Notes: generated from the sequence alone by a model not told the origin. A stretch of 64,000 nt of DNA from Candidatus Omnitrophota bacterium (GCA_028715785.1 JAQURC010000005.1:2095-66094); one strand, 5' to 3'. Shown: positions 1-11,330, numbered from the stretch's first letter. A program made the numbers and translations.

Positions 1-389
1 ATTAAAACTTTTTTTCCTTTTCCCAAATCTACCTTTAACGCCTCTTTGCCTTTGGTAATTATTTTGCGCAGTTCCTCATAAAAATAATCTTCTTTAAGAT
101 AGAAGTTTATAAACCCTGCCCCCTCTACTTTTACTTGAGTGATCAAATCTTTTAAACCTGATTTTTCGATTTCCTCCCGGATAGACTCAACCAGCTGTCC
201 GGCAACTACCCGCGGCGGCTGTTTTAGCTCTTTGCTTAATTTTAAGGCGATATTGGTGGTAAAATCACCAAAGCGTTTATCAGTGGGAAGGTCCAGGGAA
301 ATTGCTTCCCGGTTTTCCTGAAGCCAGCCAGCCCGGCCAAGGCCGGCGCTGACTAGAACAATAAGCTCCTGTTGAATATTATTTTTCAT
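1..389 (-). CDS. argS: arginine--tRNA ligase, N-terminal part (3' end runs off the window)
   Basis: Minus-strand ATG at 389 (plus 'cat' 387-389). Translation 'MKNNIQQELIVLVSAGLGRAGW...LPTDKRFGDFTTNIALKLSKELKQPP' matches the ArgRS N-terminal additional domain. No stop before the window edge, so it is absent from the ORF track. Confidence 0.6.
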   Translation of the reverse strand, partial: MKNNIQQELIVLVSAGLGRAGWLQENREAISLDLPTDKRFGDFTTNIALKLSKELKQPPRVVAGQLVESIREEIEKSGLKDLITQVKVEGAGFINFYLKEDYFYEELRKIITKGKEALKVDLGKGKKVL

Positions 390-428
390 TTTAAATTAAT
401 AAAAACGGTTGGCGCAAATACAGGTAAG

Positions 429-785
429 TTATTTCTTAGGGGCCAGGACCCTTACTCTTTTGGCGTCAGACCAAAGCCCCTCTAAAGCATAAAACTCTCT
501 CACCGGTTTATAAAACGAATGCACGATCACGGAAACATAATCCAGCGCGATCCAGCCGGATTCATCATTCGGAGAAACCTTAGAGAGAGATTTTATTTTT
601 TTTATTTCCAGGTCATCCTGGACTGCCTGGGCAATGGCGGCAGCCTGCCTTAAGGAATTACCGCTGGCAATGACAAAATAATCGCAAAACCCGGCAACTT
701 TGGAAACATCCAGAATAACGACCTGCTCGGCTTTTTTAGATTTAGCAACCCAGGCGACGCGCTGGGCTAAGGCTTTGGAGTCTAT
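429..785 (-). CDS. rsfS: ribosome silencing factor RsfS (Iojap family)
   Basis: Minus-strand translation '...KALAQRVAWVAKSKKAEQVVILDVSKVAGFCDYFVIASGNSLRQAAAIAQAV...WIALDYVSVIVHSFYKPVREFYALEGLW' resembles E. coli RsfS. Stop codon is the complement of 429-431. No in-frame ATG/GTG/TTG lies between the upstream stop and the conserved N-terminus, so the 5' end is approximate. Confidence 0.55.
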   Translation of the reverse strand: MDSKALAQRVAWVAKSKKAEQVVILDVSKVAGFCDYFVIASGNSLRQAAAIAQAVQDDLEIKKIKSLSKVSPNDESGWIALDYVSVIVHSFYKPVREFYALEGLWSDAKRVRVLAPKK

Positions 786-811
786 TTGATTACCTCTATT
801 TCTTTAAGCGG

Positions 812-964
812 CTACTTGGCTTTGCCCAAGATTTTATACATGCCGGTCCCGCATTCGGGGCATTTGCCTTTCATCGCGGCGCGGCCGTTTTTCATGGTTA
901 CCTTCTGCTCATCTTTCATCGCTTTCTTGCCTTTGCATTTTACGCAATATCCTGTTTCTGCCAT
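812..964 (-). CDS. small zinc-ribbon protein (50 aa, CxxC...CxxC)
   Basis: RBS GGAGG 7 nt upstream of the ATG at 964. Translation is 'MAETGYCVKCKGKKAMKDEQKVTMKNGRAAMKGKCPECGTGMYKILGKAK'. Not in the ORF track (<60 aa). Resembles a widespread small Cys4 ribbon protein family. Confidence 0.5.
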   Translation of the reverse strand: MAETGYCVKCKGKKAMKDEQKVTMKNGRAAMKGKCPECGTGMYKILGKAK

Positions 965-1040
965 TTGTTTCCTCCTTTTTATGCAACCAGCCTGTTCCGA
1001 TTATGCGTTAATTTTAACACAGGTTAATTTTGATGTCAAA

Positions 1041-2045
1041 TTATTTACCGATGCTTTTTCTCCTGGAATATTTTTCTTCGATCTCTCCGACAATCTCTTC
1101 GATCAGGTCTTCCAAGGTCACCAGCCCAAGAGTTTTTCTGTCTTTATCCACGATGATGGCGATCTGCCTTTTCTCCGCCTGGAACCTTTTTAGAAGGTCG
1201 TTTACCCGCGTCGTGCTGGAAACAAAAGAGGCTTCATGGAGCAAATCCTGCAGCAGGAACAAACCTTTTTCACGTAACACATAAAGCAGATCCTGGGCAT
1301 AAACTATGCCGACAATATTATCTTTGCTCTCTTTATATACCGGAAGCCGGGCGTGGCCTTCCTCCACAAATATATTCAGCAGGGCATCAGAGGTGGTATT
1401 GATGTCCACGGCAATGATTTTTTCTTTAGGCACCATTATATCCATTAGCTTAGTATCGCCGAACTCAAAGATACGGTGCAGCATCTCGAGCTGATCCTTA
1501 GTTAAAACCCCCTCCTCCTGCCCTATTTCGATCATCGTCTTTAATTCTTCTTCGGTAATCAAGGGGGACTTTTTAGAAACATTCAAACCAAAAATTTTTA
1601 AAATGAAATTGCTGATCCCGATAAAGAATACGACCAGAGGCTTAAAGATTACCAGGATCACCTCCATTAATGGGGCGGTAACCAGGGCCATCTTTTCCGT
1701 GTGCTTAGACGACAGGATCTTGGGAGTCACTTCGCAGAAAATAAGCAGGACCAGGGTGGTTACAAAAGTAGAAACGACCACCCCCCAGTGATAACCGTAA
1801 ACCTGGACAAAAATACCGGTTACAATCGAAGAGACGGCGATATTAACGATATTATTGCCGATAAGGATAGCGGCAATTACTTTATCCAACTTAGAAACAA
1901 GGCGATGGATACTTCCGGCGCCCTTAATCCCCTTTTGCACCATATGGCGCAGCCTGATTTTGCTTAATCCGATAATTGAGGTCTCTGAAGCGGAGAAAAA
2001 AAATGAAAGCACAGCCAAAAGCAGCAAAATTAAAAATATGATCAT
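1041..2045 (-). CDS. corC: HlyC/CorC (CNNM) family transporter with DUF21 transmembrane region, CBS pair and CorC C-terminal domain
   Basis: Hydrophobic N-terminus with 'FSASETS' (the DUF21 motif). CBS-pair region and transporter-associated C-terminal domain are recognisable. Confidence 0.8.
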   Translation of the reverse strand: MIIFLILLLLAVLSFFFSASETSIIGLSKIRLRHMVQKGIKGAGSIHRLVSKLDKVIAAILIGNNIVNIAVSSIVTGIFVQVYGYHWGVVVSTFVTTLVLLIFCEVTPKILSSKHTEKMALVTAPLMEVILVIFKPLVVFFIGISNFILKIFGLNVSKKSPLITEEELKTMIEIGQEEGVLTKDQLEMLHRIFEFGDTKLMDIMVPKEKIIAVDINTTSDALLNIFVEEGHARLPVYKESKDNIVGIVYAQDLLYVLREKGLFLLQDLLHEASFVSSTTRVNDLLKRFQAEKRQIAIIVDKDRKTLGLVTLEDLIEEIVGEIEEKYSRRKSIGK

Positions 2046-2047
2046 CT

Positions 2048-3331
2048 TTATCCTAAATTAAGCTTGGCGTAGATATTTTTTTCGCTTTTTCCAAGCGGCC
2101 CGATCAAGGCCGAATTTATCCTTTTATTATTAAAAATCTTAGCGGCAACTTCGCGTATATCTTCTATATCTACTTTATTTACTTCTTTGATGATTTGTTC
2201 CAGCGTATATGCCTTATCCAAACAGGCAACGCTCTCCCCCAGCCAAAGCATATACTCCATCGTATCCTCAAGCGCCAGGCTAAGCTGGCCGGAATAAAAC
2301 TCTTTTGCCCGCCTGAACTCATCTTTACGCACGATGGTTTTTCTGACCTTGCCTAACTCCTGGAATATCAGGCCCAGGCAATCTTCTACTTTACGGTTAT
2401 CGATCCCGGCATGCACAAGAAACTCCCCGGTATCGGCAAAACGCTTGATCCCGGTGCCAATTTCATAGGCCAGGCCTCTTTTTTCCCTGACTTCGTTAAA
2501 AAGACGGCTGGACATATTGGCGCCCAAGATTATGTGCAATAACGCCTGGGCATGCCTGAGCGGGTCATCGCGTTTTAAGGCATGAAAACCCAAAGCCATA
2601 TGCGTCTGCTCGGTGTCTTTGTGAAAAATTTTTAGCTGCGGCTTTTCCTGGCTCTCCTTAACCGCCGTAAAGGTATTTAATTTAGCCTTACCTTGCGCTG
2701 AAAAAATGGCGGAAACCTTATTTACCAGCAAATCATGCTCCAGCAATCCGGCCGCGCTGATTACGATATTAGCCGGGGTATAGCGGCTGGCCTGGTATTT
2801 TTTTAAACTATCGCGGTTAATACTGTTTACCGACTCCACGGAGCCGATTATCGGCAAGCCTAATGGCTGGTGCGGCCAAAGCAGCTCATCCAACAACTCA
2901 TAAACATAGTTTTGCGGAAGATCGCGGTACATCTTCAGCTCTTCCAGGATGACTGTCCTTTCCTTGGTAATATCCGCCTGATTTAAAGACGGATGAAGGA
3001 CCATATCGGATAAAATATCCAAAGCATGGATCAAATAACTGCTGGGGATTTTTACCAGATAACAGGTGAGCTCTTCGGAGGTAAAGCCGTTTAATGTCCC
3101 TCCGACCCCTTCGATCGATTCTTTGATCGCGCGGCAGGAATATTTTTTGCTGCCTTTAAAAAGAAGATGCTCCAGGTAATGCGAGATCCCTTTTTGAGAA
3201 GCTGACTCATAGCGGCCGCCGATATTGATCCAAATACCTAAAGATACGGATTTTGCCTGGCTTAAGGATTTGGAAATTATCCTTAAGCCATTGCCTAATT
3301 TGCTCCTTTTATACATTAAGCCTTTCCACAA
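2048..3331 (-). CDS. M16 family zinc peptidase (insulinase-like)
   Basis: The inverted zinc-binding motif 'HYLEHLLFKGS' (HxxEH) lies near the N-terminus; length 427 aa. Confidence 0.8.
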   Translation of the reverse strand: MWKGLMYKRSKLGNGLRIISKSLSQAKSVSLGIWINIGGRYESASQKGISHYLEHLLFKGSKKYSCRAIKESIEGVGGTLNGFTSEELTCYLVKIPSSYLIHALDILSDMVLHPSLNQADITKERTVILEELKMYRDLPQNYVYELLDELLWPHQPLGLPIIGSVESVNSINRDSLKKYQASRYTPANIVISAAGLLEHDLLVNKVSAIFSAQGKAKLNTFTAVKESQEKPQLKIFHKDTEQTHMALGFHALKRDDPLRHAQALLHIILGANMSSRLFNEVREKRGLAYEIGTGIKRFADTGEFLVHAGIDNRKVEDCLGLIFQELGKVRKTIVRKDEFRRAKEFYSGQLSLALEDTMEYMLWLGESVACLDKAYTLEQIIKEVNKVDIEDIREVAAKIFNNKRINSALIGPLGKSEKNIYAKLNLG

Positions 3332-4094
3332 AGCTGCCCACTCTTTGCACTAGATTGCCGCATCCGATATTTTCCTTGATCCGCTCGACGATAGCGCTGC
3401 CGACAATTACTCCGTCGGAAATCTTTGAAACCTCTTTTACCTGGCGGGCGCTTGAAATACCAAAGCCCACACAAACCGGCTTAGAAGTTATTTTTTTTAT
3501 CCTTAACAGGTTGGCTTTAAGATCCGCGCTTAAATTATCGCGGCTGCCGGTCACTCCGGTCAAAGAAACATAATAAATAAAACCTTTATCGGCTTCAGCT
3601 ATTAATTTTATCCGCGCGTTGGAACTGGTCGGGGCAACAAAACAAATATTAGCCAGGCCTTTTTGGTTAGCGTAATGAATAAAATCTTTTGCTTCTTCAG
3701 GCGGTAAATCCGGGATAATCACCCCGTCAACCCCGCAGGATGCGGCTTTATTGATAAACCGCCTGTCTCCGAAACAAAAAACAGGGTTGTAATAAGTCAT
3801 CAAACATATCGGCAACTCTGTAGTTTGGCGTAATTTCTTTACCAAATCTAAAATCTTAACCAGGTTGGTTCCTTTTTTAAGTGAATACCCGGAAGCCTCC
3901 TGGATCACCGGGCCGTCAGCCAGGGGTTCTGAAAAAGGCACCCCTAATTCGATTATATCCACGCCTCTTTTTTCAAGTTCGATCACCAGTTTAGCGGTTG
4001 TCGATAAATCCGGGTAACCCGCGGTTATAAAAGCAATGAATGCTTTTAAACCATGCTTCTTTAGCTTAATAAACCTTTGATCAATACGATTCAT
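3309..4094 (-). CDS. trpA: tryptophan synthase alpha subunit
   Basis: TrpA-like sequence ('[22 protein letters not shown]'), last gene of the trp cluster. Confidence 0.9.
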   Translation of the reverse strand: MNRIDQRFIKLKKHGLKAFIAFITAGYPDLSTTAKLVIELEKRGVDIIELGVPFSEPLADGPVIQEASGYSLKKGTNLVKILDLVKKLRQTTELPICLMTYYNPVFCFGDRRFINKAASCGVDGVIIPDLPPEEAKDFIHYANQKGLANICFVAPTSSNARIKLIAEADKGFIYYVSLTGVTGSRDNLSADLKANLLRIKKITSKPVCVGFGISSARQVKEVSKISDGVIVGSAIVERIKENIGCGNLVQRVGSFVERLNV

Positions 4095-5256
4095 GCAGGT
4101 CCTTATCCCCTCTTCCGGAGAGGCAAACGATCACTGTGGCGTCCTTCTTAATCTTTTTTCCCGCTTTCTTCAAATAGGCAATGGCGTGGGCGGATTCCAG
4201 CGCCGGGATAATCCCTTCCACTTTGGATAATAATTTAAAACCTTCCAGGGCTTCTTTATCGGTGATGGCCGCATAATCCGCCCGTTTTATCTTCTGATAA
4301 TAGGCATGTTCCGGCCCGACCCCCGGATAATCCAGCCCGGCGGCTATTGAATGCGCGTTTTTGATCTGGCCGAATTTATCCTCTAAAATTTTTGATTTTG
4401 AACCGTGCAAAACTCCGGTTGAACCAAACTCAAGGCTTGCCGAATGTTTTCCCGACACAATTCCTAACCCCGCGGCTTCTACCCCGATCATTTTGACATT
4501 GCTATCATTAAAAAAGGGATGGAACAAACCTATAGCATTACTGCCGCCGCCGACACAAGCAACCAAATAATCCGGCAGGCGGTTATCTTTTTTTAAAATT
4601 TGGGCGCGGGCTTCGACTCCGATCACGGATTGAAAATTGCGCACCATTTCAGGATACGGATGCGGCCCGGCTACCGTGCCGATAACATAATGCGTGCTGC
4701 GCACATTCGTCACCCAGTCGCGCAAAGCCTCGGTCATGGCATCTTTTAAAGTTTGCGTTCCGCTTTTAACGCTGATTACCCGAGCACCAAGCAATTTCAT
4801 CCGCAGGACATTTAAAGCCTGGCGATGGATATCTTCCTCCCCCATATACACATCGCATTCTAACCCGAATAAAGATGCCACCGTCGCGGTAGCCACTCCG
4901 TGCTGGCCCGCCCCGGTCTCGGCAATTAATCTTTTTTTGCCCATCCTGACCGCCAAAAGCACCTGGCCCAAGGTATTGTTGATCTTGTGCGCGCCGGTAT
5001 GTAAAAGATCCTCGCGTTTCAGGTAAATCTTTTTTATCCCTAAATATTGGCTTAAGTTTTTCGCTAAATATAACGGCGTGGGCCGGCCGGCGTAATCGCT
5101 CAGATAATAAGTGAGCTCTTTGGCAAACTTTTTGTCTTTCTTTGCCTTGGAATACTCATTTTCTAATTCATCCAGGGCATAGATCAGCGTCTCCGGAACA
5201 AATCTTCCGCCAAAGATACCAAAGTGCCCGCTCTTATCCGGCAGCTTATTTTTCAT
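4081..5256 (-). CDS. trpB: tryptophan synthase beta subunit
   Basis: 'HTGAHKINN' PLP-lysine region and 'GGGSNA' motif; 391 aa. Confidence 0.95.
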   Translation of the reverse strand: MKNKLPDKSGHFGIFGGRFVPETLIYALDELENEYSKAKKDKKFAKELTYYLSDYAGRPTPLYLAKNLSQYLGIKKIYLKREDLLHTGAHKINNTLGQVLLAVRMGKKRLIAETGAGQHGVATATVASLFGLECDVYMGEEDIHRQALNVLRMKLLGARVISVKSGTQTLKDAMTEALRDWVTNVRSTHYVIGTVAGPHPYPEMVRNFQSVIGVEARAQILKKDNRLPDYLVACVGGGSNAIGLFHPFFNDSNVKMIGVEAAGLGIVSGKHSASLEFGSTGVLHGSKSKILEDKFGQIKNAHSIAAGLDYPGVGPEHAYYQKIKRADYAAITDKEALEGFKLLSKVEGIIPALESAHAIAYLKKAGKKIKKDATVIVCLSGRGDKDLHESY

Positions 5257-5867
5257 AATCGAACTCTCTTCATAAATTCCTGGATCTTCTTATGGTCCTT
5301 CTTGCCAGGCTTTGATTCCAGGCTGCTGGAAACATCCACCCAATCGGGCTTTAATAATTTAATTGCCTTCTTAATGTTATCAGCAGTTAACCCGCCTGAC
5401 AAAAATACAACAGGCTCCATTTTAGCTGTTTGCGCAAGTATTTTCCAGTTAAATTTTTTCCCGGTCCCGCCCAGCTTGGTCCTTGAGAAACTGTCAAACA
5501 GATAAGCAAAAGTTTTATATCTGGATACGCCCCCTAAATCTTCCTGATTATTTATCCTGAAAGCCTTGATCACTTTATATCCTTTAAATTTTTTGCAGTA
5601 ATCAAGGGATTCCTGGCCGTGGAATTGCAACATATCCAAATTACAGAGCCTGGCGATTTTTTTTACTTTGGCGGCATCTTCGTTGACAAAAACCCCCACC
5701 CGCTTGATCTTCTTCGGTAAAATTCGCGATATATTTTTTGCTTGCTGCGGCAGGATATAACGCGGGCTTTTATCATAAAAAACAAACCCGATAGCGCTGG
5801 CTCCGGCAAAGAAAGCCGCCAAAGCATCCTCTAAATTAGTAATCCCGCAAATCTTGACTTTTACCAA
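5253..5867 (-). CDS. trpF: phosphoribosylanthranilate isomerase
   Basis: '[15 protein letters not shown]' N-terminus typical of TrpF; sits between trpC and trpB. Confidence 0.85.
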   Translation of the reverse strand: MVKVKICGITNLEDALAAFFAGASAIGFVFYDKSPRYILPQQAKNISRILPKKIKRVGVFVNEDAAKVKKIARLCNLDMLQFHGQESLDYCKKFKGYKVIKAFRINNQEDLGGVSRYKTFAYLFDSFSRTKLGGTGKKFNWKILAQTAKMEPVVFLSGGLTADNIKKAIKLLKPDWVDVSSSLESKPGKKDHKKIQEFMKRVRL

Positions 5868-6649
5868 CCCATTACCTCGTCCACTTTACTTTTAATATCC
5901 GCTGATTCCATAAAAGCAGTACCGATTAAGACGGCGCTTGCCCCCAGAATTTTCAGGAATAAAACATCCTGGTAATTTTTAATCCCGCTTTCCACAACCA
6001 CTATTTTATCTTTGGGGACCAAAGTAAATAATTTTTCCGTGGTCTTAAAATCAACCTCCAGCGTATGCAGATTACGATTATTGATTCCAATTATCGGAAC
6101 TTTTAAATTAAGCACTTTTTTTAATTCTTTTTCATCATGCACCTCGACCAGATAATCCAAGCCAAGCTCATCGGCGATCCGCATAAACTCAACTAATTTA
6201 TCTTTGGTCAATAAATCCGCGATTAATAAAATGGCATCGGCTCCCAGATAACGCGATTCATAAACCTGGTAATTCTCTAAAATAAAATCTTTTCTTAAAA
6301 CCGGGCCGTTGAATATAGTTTTTACTTCATTTATGTAAGCTGGGCTGCCATTAAAAAAATCCTCTTCAGTTAATACGGAAAGCGCTTGGGCCCCTGCCTC
6401 TTGATAAGCCCGGGCAATATCAGCTAAATTAAAATCCTGGCGGATTACCCCTTTGGAAGGCGAGGCTTGTTTTATTTCAGCGATAAGCGAGATCTGGCGC
6501 GGCTTGCTGATTGCCTCTTTGAACGGACGCGTAGCCGGCAGGCCGCTTAATTTGGCTTTTAGATCTTCAAGCCCAAGCTGTTGCATTGCCAGGGCAATTC
6601 TTTCCTTCTTTTTGGCGACGATCTCTTTGAGCGTGTCGGTTTTAGCCAT
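5861..6649 (-). CDS. trpC: indole-3-glycerol phosphate synthase
   Basis: 'IAEIKQASPSKG' and 'LLIADLL' motifs of IGPS. Confidence 0.9.
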   Translation of the reverse strand: MAKTDTLKEIVAKKKERIALAMQQLGLEDLKAKLSGLPATRPFKEAISKPRQISLIAEIKQASPSKGVIRQDFNLADIARAYQEAGAQALSVLTEEDFFNGSPAYINEVKTIFNGPVLRKDFILENYQVYESRYLGADAILLIADLLTKDKLVEFMRIADELGLDYLVEVHDEKELKKVLNLKVPIIGINNRNLHTLEVDFKTTEKLFTLVPKDKIVVVESGIKNYQDVLFLKILGASAVLIGTAFMESADIKSKVDEVMGW

Positions 6650-6650
6650 C

Positions 6651-7658
6651 TCAGCGTGAATACTCCTTTAATAACTCAAGTTTTTTAAGCGCCGCTCCTG
6701 AATCAATTGCCTGCTCCGCCAGTTTTATTCCCGCAGCAATCGTTTCGGCTTTATCCGCGGCGTAAATCGCGCATCCGGCGTTAAATAAAACAATATCCCT
6801 CCTGCTTCCCTTCTTGCCGGCCAATACCTCCTGGACAATCTTTACATTTTCAGCGATGGATCCGCCCAGTAAATCATCAAACTTAGCCCTCTTTAGGCCA
6901 AAATCCTCAGGAGAAATCTGGTAATCTTTTAACTGCCCGTTTTTCACCTCGGAGACAAAGGTTTTATCAGTAGTCGTGACCTCATCCAGGCCGTCTGCGC
7001 CATGCACCACTAAAACATGCCTTGTGCCTAAATTATGCAAAACTTGCGCCAGGGGCCTGGTCCACTCTTTGGAATATACGCCGATTAACTGGTTGGTTGC
7101 CCGCGCCGGGTTAATCAAGGGCCCTAAAATATTAAACATAGTTTTTTGAGCGATTTGTTTTCGAGCCGGCATAACAAAGCGCATTGCCGGATGCAGGTTA
7201 GGCGCGAATAAAAAAGCGATGCCTATTTCCTCCAGGCATCTTTTGATCTTTGCCTTATCCATATTAATATTAACACCGAGGGCCTCCAGGATATCCGCGC
7301 TTCCGCATTTACTGGAAACCGAGCGGTTGCCGTGTTTGGCCACGGTTACTCCCGCGCCGCTGGCTACCAAAGCAGTAAGCGTGGAAATATTAAAAGTCCC
7401 TTTTTTATCCCCGCCTGTTCCGCAGGTATCCAGTATATTGGGTTTATCAACGATAATCGGCTCAACGTATTTAAGCATCACATTGACCGCCGCGGTCAGC
7501 TCTTCTACCGTCTCGCCTTTATCGTTTAAAGAGGTTAAAAACGCGACGATATCGGCAGTTTCCACCGACCCGCCTAAAATCTCCTGCATCACCTCCTGCA
7601 TCTGCAGCTCAGTCAGGTCTTTTTTATTAAGCAGCTGTTTAATTAAATCTTTAATCAT
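6651..7658 (-). CDS. trpD: anthranilate phosphoribosyltransferase
   Basis: 'DTCGTGGD' and 'KHGNRSVSS' TrpD signatures. Confidence 0.9.
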   Translation of the reverse strand: MIKDLIKQLLNKKDLTELQMQEVMQEILGGSVETADIVAFLTSLNDKGETVEELTAAVNVMLKYVEPIIVDKPNILDTCGTGGDKKGTFNISTLTALVASGAGVTVAKHGNRSVSSKCGSADILEALGVNINMDKAKIKRCLEEIGIAFLFAPNLHPAMRFVMPARKQIAQKTMFNILGPLINPARATNQLIGVYSKEWTRPLAQVLHNLGTRHVLVVHGADGLDEVTTTDKTFVSEVKNGQLKDYQISPEDFGLKRAKFDDLLGGSIAENVKIVQEVLAGKKGSRRDIVLFNAGCAIYAADKAETIAAGIKLAEQAIDSGAALKKLELLKEYSR

Positions 7659-8236
7659 TTAATCTTGATAAAATTATCCAATATCTGTTTTCCGCTTTTG
7701 GTAAGTATGGATTCAGGGTGGAACTGCACTCCCCAAATAGGGTATTCTTTATGTTTTAACCCCATAATTTCATCGTCCTTGGTGCTTGCGGTTATCTCAA
7801 GGCAAGCCGGCAAACTTTTTTTCTCAACCAACAGGGAATGATAACGGGTAGCTAAAAATGGGTTGGGAATATTTTTAAAAATATCTTTTTTATTATGATA
7901 AATCTTGGAGGTTTTTCCGTGCATAAGTTTCCTGGCCCCGACGATCTTTGCGCCAAAAACATAACCGATTGCCTGATGCCCCAGGCAGACCCCCAAAACC
8001 GGGATTTTACCGGCGAATTCCCGGATAACTTCACAGGAGATACCGGCATCCTCCGGCCTTCCCGGCCCCGGAGAGATAACAATTTTATCCGGGTTAAGTT
8101 TTTTGATATCCTTAATGGCCAAGGCGTCATTACGGTAAACTAGAACCTTCTGCCCTAACTCTCCCAAATACTGCACCAGGTTATAGGTGAAAGAGTCATA
8201 ATTATCGATCATTAAAATCATTCTTTTTCTCTCCAA
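7655..8236 (-). CDS. trpG: anthranilate synthase component II / glutamine amidotransferase (TrpG/PabA type)
   Basis: Class-I GATase with 'GVCLGHQ' catalytic Cys and C-terminal 'GVQFHPES'; 193 aa. No trpE is adjacent. Confidence 0.85.
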   Translation of the reverse strand: MERKRMILMIDNYDSFTYNLVQYLGELGQKVLVYRNDALAIKDIKKLNPDKIVISPGPGRPEDAGISCEVIREFAGKIPVLGVCLGHQAIGYVFGAKIVGARKLMHGKTSKIYHNKKDIFKNIPNPFLATRYHSLLVEKKSLPACLEITASTKDDEIMGLKHKEYPIWGVQFHPESILTKSGKQILDNFIKIK

Positions 8237-9480
8237 ACTTTGGCGCCTAAGTTAATTAATTTTTCTTCGATAAATTCATAACCGCGCTCCAGATGGTAAA
8301 TCCTGGAAATCGATGTTTTTCCGCCCGCGGCTAAACCCGCCAGAACCAGGCCCGCGGAGGCGCGCAGATCAGAGGCCATCACCGGGGCTCCGGATAATTT
8401 TTTTATCCCTTCGACAATCGCGTGCGGCCCTTCCCTCTGGATGTGGGCGCCCATACGGTTAAGCTCGGAAACATGCATGAACCTGTCCGGGTAAATTTTT
8501 TCGGTAATTACGCTGATGCCGCCTGTTACCGCCATTAAACTCATCATCTGCGCCTGCATATCCGTCGGAAATCCGGGATACGGAAGCGTGGTGATATTAA
8601 CCGACCTTAATTCCCGGTTGCCCTGAACGCGTAAAGCTCCGTCAACAGGGGCAATCCGGGCGCCGGCTTCATTTAATTTATCGACCAGGGCCCCCAAATG
8701 CTGATAAACAACATTTTTAATCAACACGTCTCCTGCGGTAATCAAAGAAGCCAAAATTAATGTTCCGGCTTCAATGCGGTCGGGGATTATCGAATGCGTT
8801 GCTCCGTGTAAATTTTTTACTCCCTCTATTTCAATCACCGGCGTGCCCTGGCCCTTGATTTTGGCGCCCATCTTAATCAAAAACTCCGCTAAATCCACTA
8901 CCTCCGGCTCGCATGCCGCGGATTCAATTATTGTCTTACCGCTGGCTAATACCGCAGCCATCATCACATTATCGGTAGCCAAAACCGACGAGCCGTATAC
9001 TCCGCCCAGATAAATGTAGGAGCCGTGCAGCTTCTTAGTCTTGGCAATTACATAACCTGAATCAATGCTGATATCCGCGCCCAGGGCCTTAATCCCTTTA
9101 AGATGCAGGTCAACCGGCCGCACCCCGATAACGCAGCCTCCGGGAAGGGAAACTTTGGCTTGTTTTAATTTACCTAAAAGCGGCCCTAAGACGCAGAATG
9201 AAGCCCGCATGGTCGAAACCAATTTATATTCGGCAACATACCTTCTGGCTTTACCGGCGCAGACACTTACCCTGCCTTTATCAAATTCGGCAACCTTTCC
9301 TAAAGCGCGTAAGATCTTAAGCATACTGTTGGTATCGCGCAAATTCGGGACGCCCTTGATTACACACGGCTCATCGGTAAGTAAGGTCGCCGCCAATATC
9401 GGCAATACCGCGTTCTTTGCCCCGGAAACCGTAACCTCGCCTTTTAACCTTGCCCCGCCTTCAATAATCAGTTTATCCAT
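8218..9480 (-). CDS. murA: UDP-N-acetylglucosamine 1-carboxyvinyltransferase
   Basis: 'MDKLIIEGGARLKGEVTVSGAKNA' N-terminus; EPSP-synthase-fold length of 420 aa. Confidence 0.9.
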   Translation of the reverse strand: MDKLIIEGGARLKGEVTVSGAKNAVLPILAATLLTDEPCVIKGVPNLRDTNSMLKILRALGKVAEFDKGRVSVCAGKARRYVAEYKLVSTMRASFCVLGPLLGKLKQAKVSLPGGCVIGVRPVDLHLKGIKALGADISIDSGYVIAKTKKLHGSYIYLGGVYGSSVLATDNVMMAAVLASGKTIIESAACEPEVVDLAEFLIKMGAKIKGQGTPVIEIEGVKNLHGATHSIIPDRIEAGTLILASLITAGDVLIKNVVYQHLGALVDKLNEAGARIAPVDGALRVQGNRELRSVNITTLPYPGFPTDMQAQMMSLMAVTGGISVITEKIYPDRFMHVSELNRMGAHIQREGPHAIVEGIKKLSGAPVMASDLRASAGLVLAGLAAGGKTSISRIYHLERGYEFIEEKLINLGAKVWREKE

Positions 9481-9481
9481 T

Positions 9482-10264
9482 TTATCCAGTCCTTTTTTTG
9501 GCCATAACTACGCGTTGGATATTATTATAATCCTTAATTATTTTTAGATCACTGAAATTTTCCTTCCGCAGCATCGCCCTCACCGCTTTGGCCTGTTTGG
9601 CCCCCACCTCAAAAGCTAATAAACCGTTATCGCGCAAATGCGCTGCCGACCGGCTGGTTATCAAACGGTAAAAATCTAAGCCGTCAATGCCGGCGGCGAT
9701 TGCCTGTTTTGGCTCAAAAGATATTTCTTTGGCCAGGCCTGCCAATTCTCCTGTAGGAATATAAGGAGGATTACTGATGATTAAATCGAATTTTTTATTT
9801 TTAAGCCCGCTAAAAAGATCAGTGCGCAAAAATTTAATTTCTACTTTATTCAAACGGGCATTTTGCCCGGCCAGCTCTAAAGCCTCATCCGATATATCGG
9901 CGGCCAGAACACGCGCCCGGGGCAACAGCTTAGCAATTGATATGGCAATACAGCCTGAGCCTGTGCCCAGATCAAGAATCTTAGGAGCGACATTGGCCAT
10001 CGCCTTTAATTCCGCTATGGCGGACTCAACTAAAATCTCTGTTTCCGGACGGGGGATCAAGGCCCGCTGGTCTACTTTAAACTCACATCCCATAAATTCG
10101 CAGCTGCCCAAAATATATTGCAGGGGCTCTCCGGAAATCCTGCGCTTTAATATATTTGAGATAATAACAGTTTTATCTTTATCTAAAACCGCATCTTTAT
10201 TCAGATATAAAGACAATCTGCCGCAATTTAAAACATGGCTTAAAACTAATTCCGCTTCATTCAT
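9482..10264 (-). CDS. prmC: release factor glutamine methyltransferase
   Basis: 'NPPY' motif and '[11 protein letters not shown]' SAM-binding region; directly downstream of prfA. Confidence 0.85.
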   Translation of the reverse strand: MNEAELVLSHVLNCGRLSLYLNKDAVLDKDKTVIISNILKRRISGEPLQYILGSCEFMGCEFKVDQRALIPRPETEILVESAIAELKAMANVAPKILDLGTGSGCIAISIAKLLPRARVLAADISDEALELAGQNARLNKVEIKFLRTDLFSGLKNKKFDLIISNPPYIPTGELAGLAKEISFEPKQAIAAGIDGLDFYRLITSRSAAHLRDNGLLAFEVGAKQAKAVRAMLRKENFSDLKIIKDYNNIQRVVMAKKRTG

Positions 10265-11330
10265 TCTTTTTTTCTGATTCCGCCTTTAATAAAGCTTCAA
10301 AGAGTTCATCCATTTGGCCTTCCAGGATCGCCTCTAATTGGTGGCAAGTATAATTAATCCTGTGGTCGGTAACCCTGCGGTCAGGAAAATTATAAGTGCG
10401 GATCTTTTCGCTGCGGTCGCCTGTGCCGATCTGGGTTTTCCGGGCGCTGGATAATTTTTTTGCTTCCGCCTCGATTTTAACCTCCAGGATGCGGGCGCGC
10501 AAAACACGCATTGCCTTGGCCCGATTCTTTATCTGTGAACGCTCATCCTGGCAGGCAACTACCGTATTGGTCGGAAGATGCGTGATCCTCACCGCTGAAT
10601 CAGTTTTTTGCATATGCTGGCCGCCGGGCCCGCTGGAACGGTAGGTATCAATCCTTAAGTCTTTCGGCTCAATAACCAGGTCCACCTCTTCAGGTTCAAG
10701 CAATACCGCGACTGTGGCGGTAGAAGTATGGATTCTTCCCTGCGCCTCAGTGGCCGGAACCCGCTGCACGCGGTGCACTCCGCTTTCAAATTTAAGGAAA
10801 CGAAAAGAATCTTTTCCTTTCACGCCAAAAATTATTTCTTTGATCCCGCCGGCTTCATTGACGCTGGAGGACATCGGCTCAATCACCCAGCCTTTGAGCG
10901 CGGCGTATTTTGAATACATCCGGTAGAGGTCGGCGGCAAAAAGCCCGGCCTCATCCCCGCCGGTACCCTGGCGGATTTCAATAATGCAATTCCGGCCGGC
11001 GTCTTTATCCTCACCGGCAAGGATTTTTTTTAATTCCGAAGCCCTATCTGTTTTTTTGGCTTCCAGGTTTTTAAGCTCCTCCTGCGCCAGCTCCAGGAAA
11101 TCCTTATCGTGCTTCTGGGATAACACTGCTTCCAGGCCGCTTATCTCCTTAAGCAGGTTTTGATAGTCGCGGAATATCGAAACTATCTCTTTAAGATCGG
11201 AAAGCTCTTTAGCCAGCTTATTATATTGCTGGCGGTCGGCAATCTGCTCATTACTGCCTAAAAGATGTTCAAGTTCCTGATAACGGGCAGTCAGTTTTTC
11301 TAACTGCTCGTACATTTTATTTTTTACCAT
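10257..11330 (-). CDS. prfA: peptide chain release factor 1
   Basis: '[19 protein letters not shown]' GGQ motif and 'PATE' region. Confidence 0.95.
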   Translation of the reverse strand: MVKNKMYEQLEKLTARYQELEHLLGSNEQIADRQQYNKLAKELSDLKEIVSIFRDYQNLLKEISGLEAVLSQKHDKDFLELAQEELKNLEAKKTDRASELKKILAGEDKDAGRNCIIEIRQGTGGDEAGLFAADLYRMYSKYAALKGWVIEPMSSSVNEAGGIKEIIFGVKGKDSFRFLKFESGVHRVQRVPATEAQGRIHTSTATVAVLLEPEEVDLVIEPKDLRIDTYRSSGPGGQHMQKTDSAVRITHLPTNTVVACQDERSQIKNRAKAMRVLRARILEVKIEAEAKKLSSARKTQIGTGDRSEKIRTYNFPDRRVTDHRINYTCHQLEAILEGQMDELFEALLKAESEKKNE

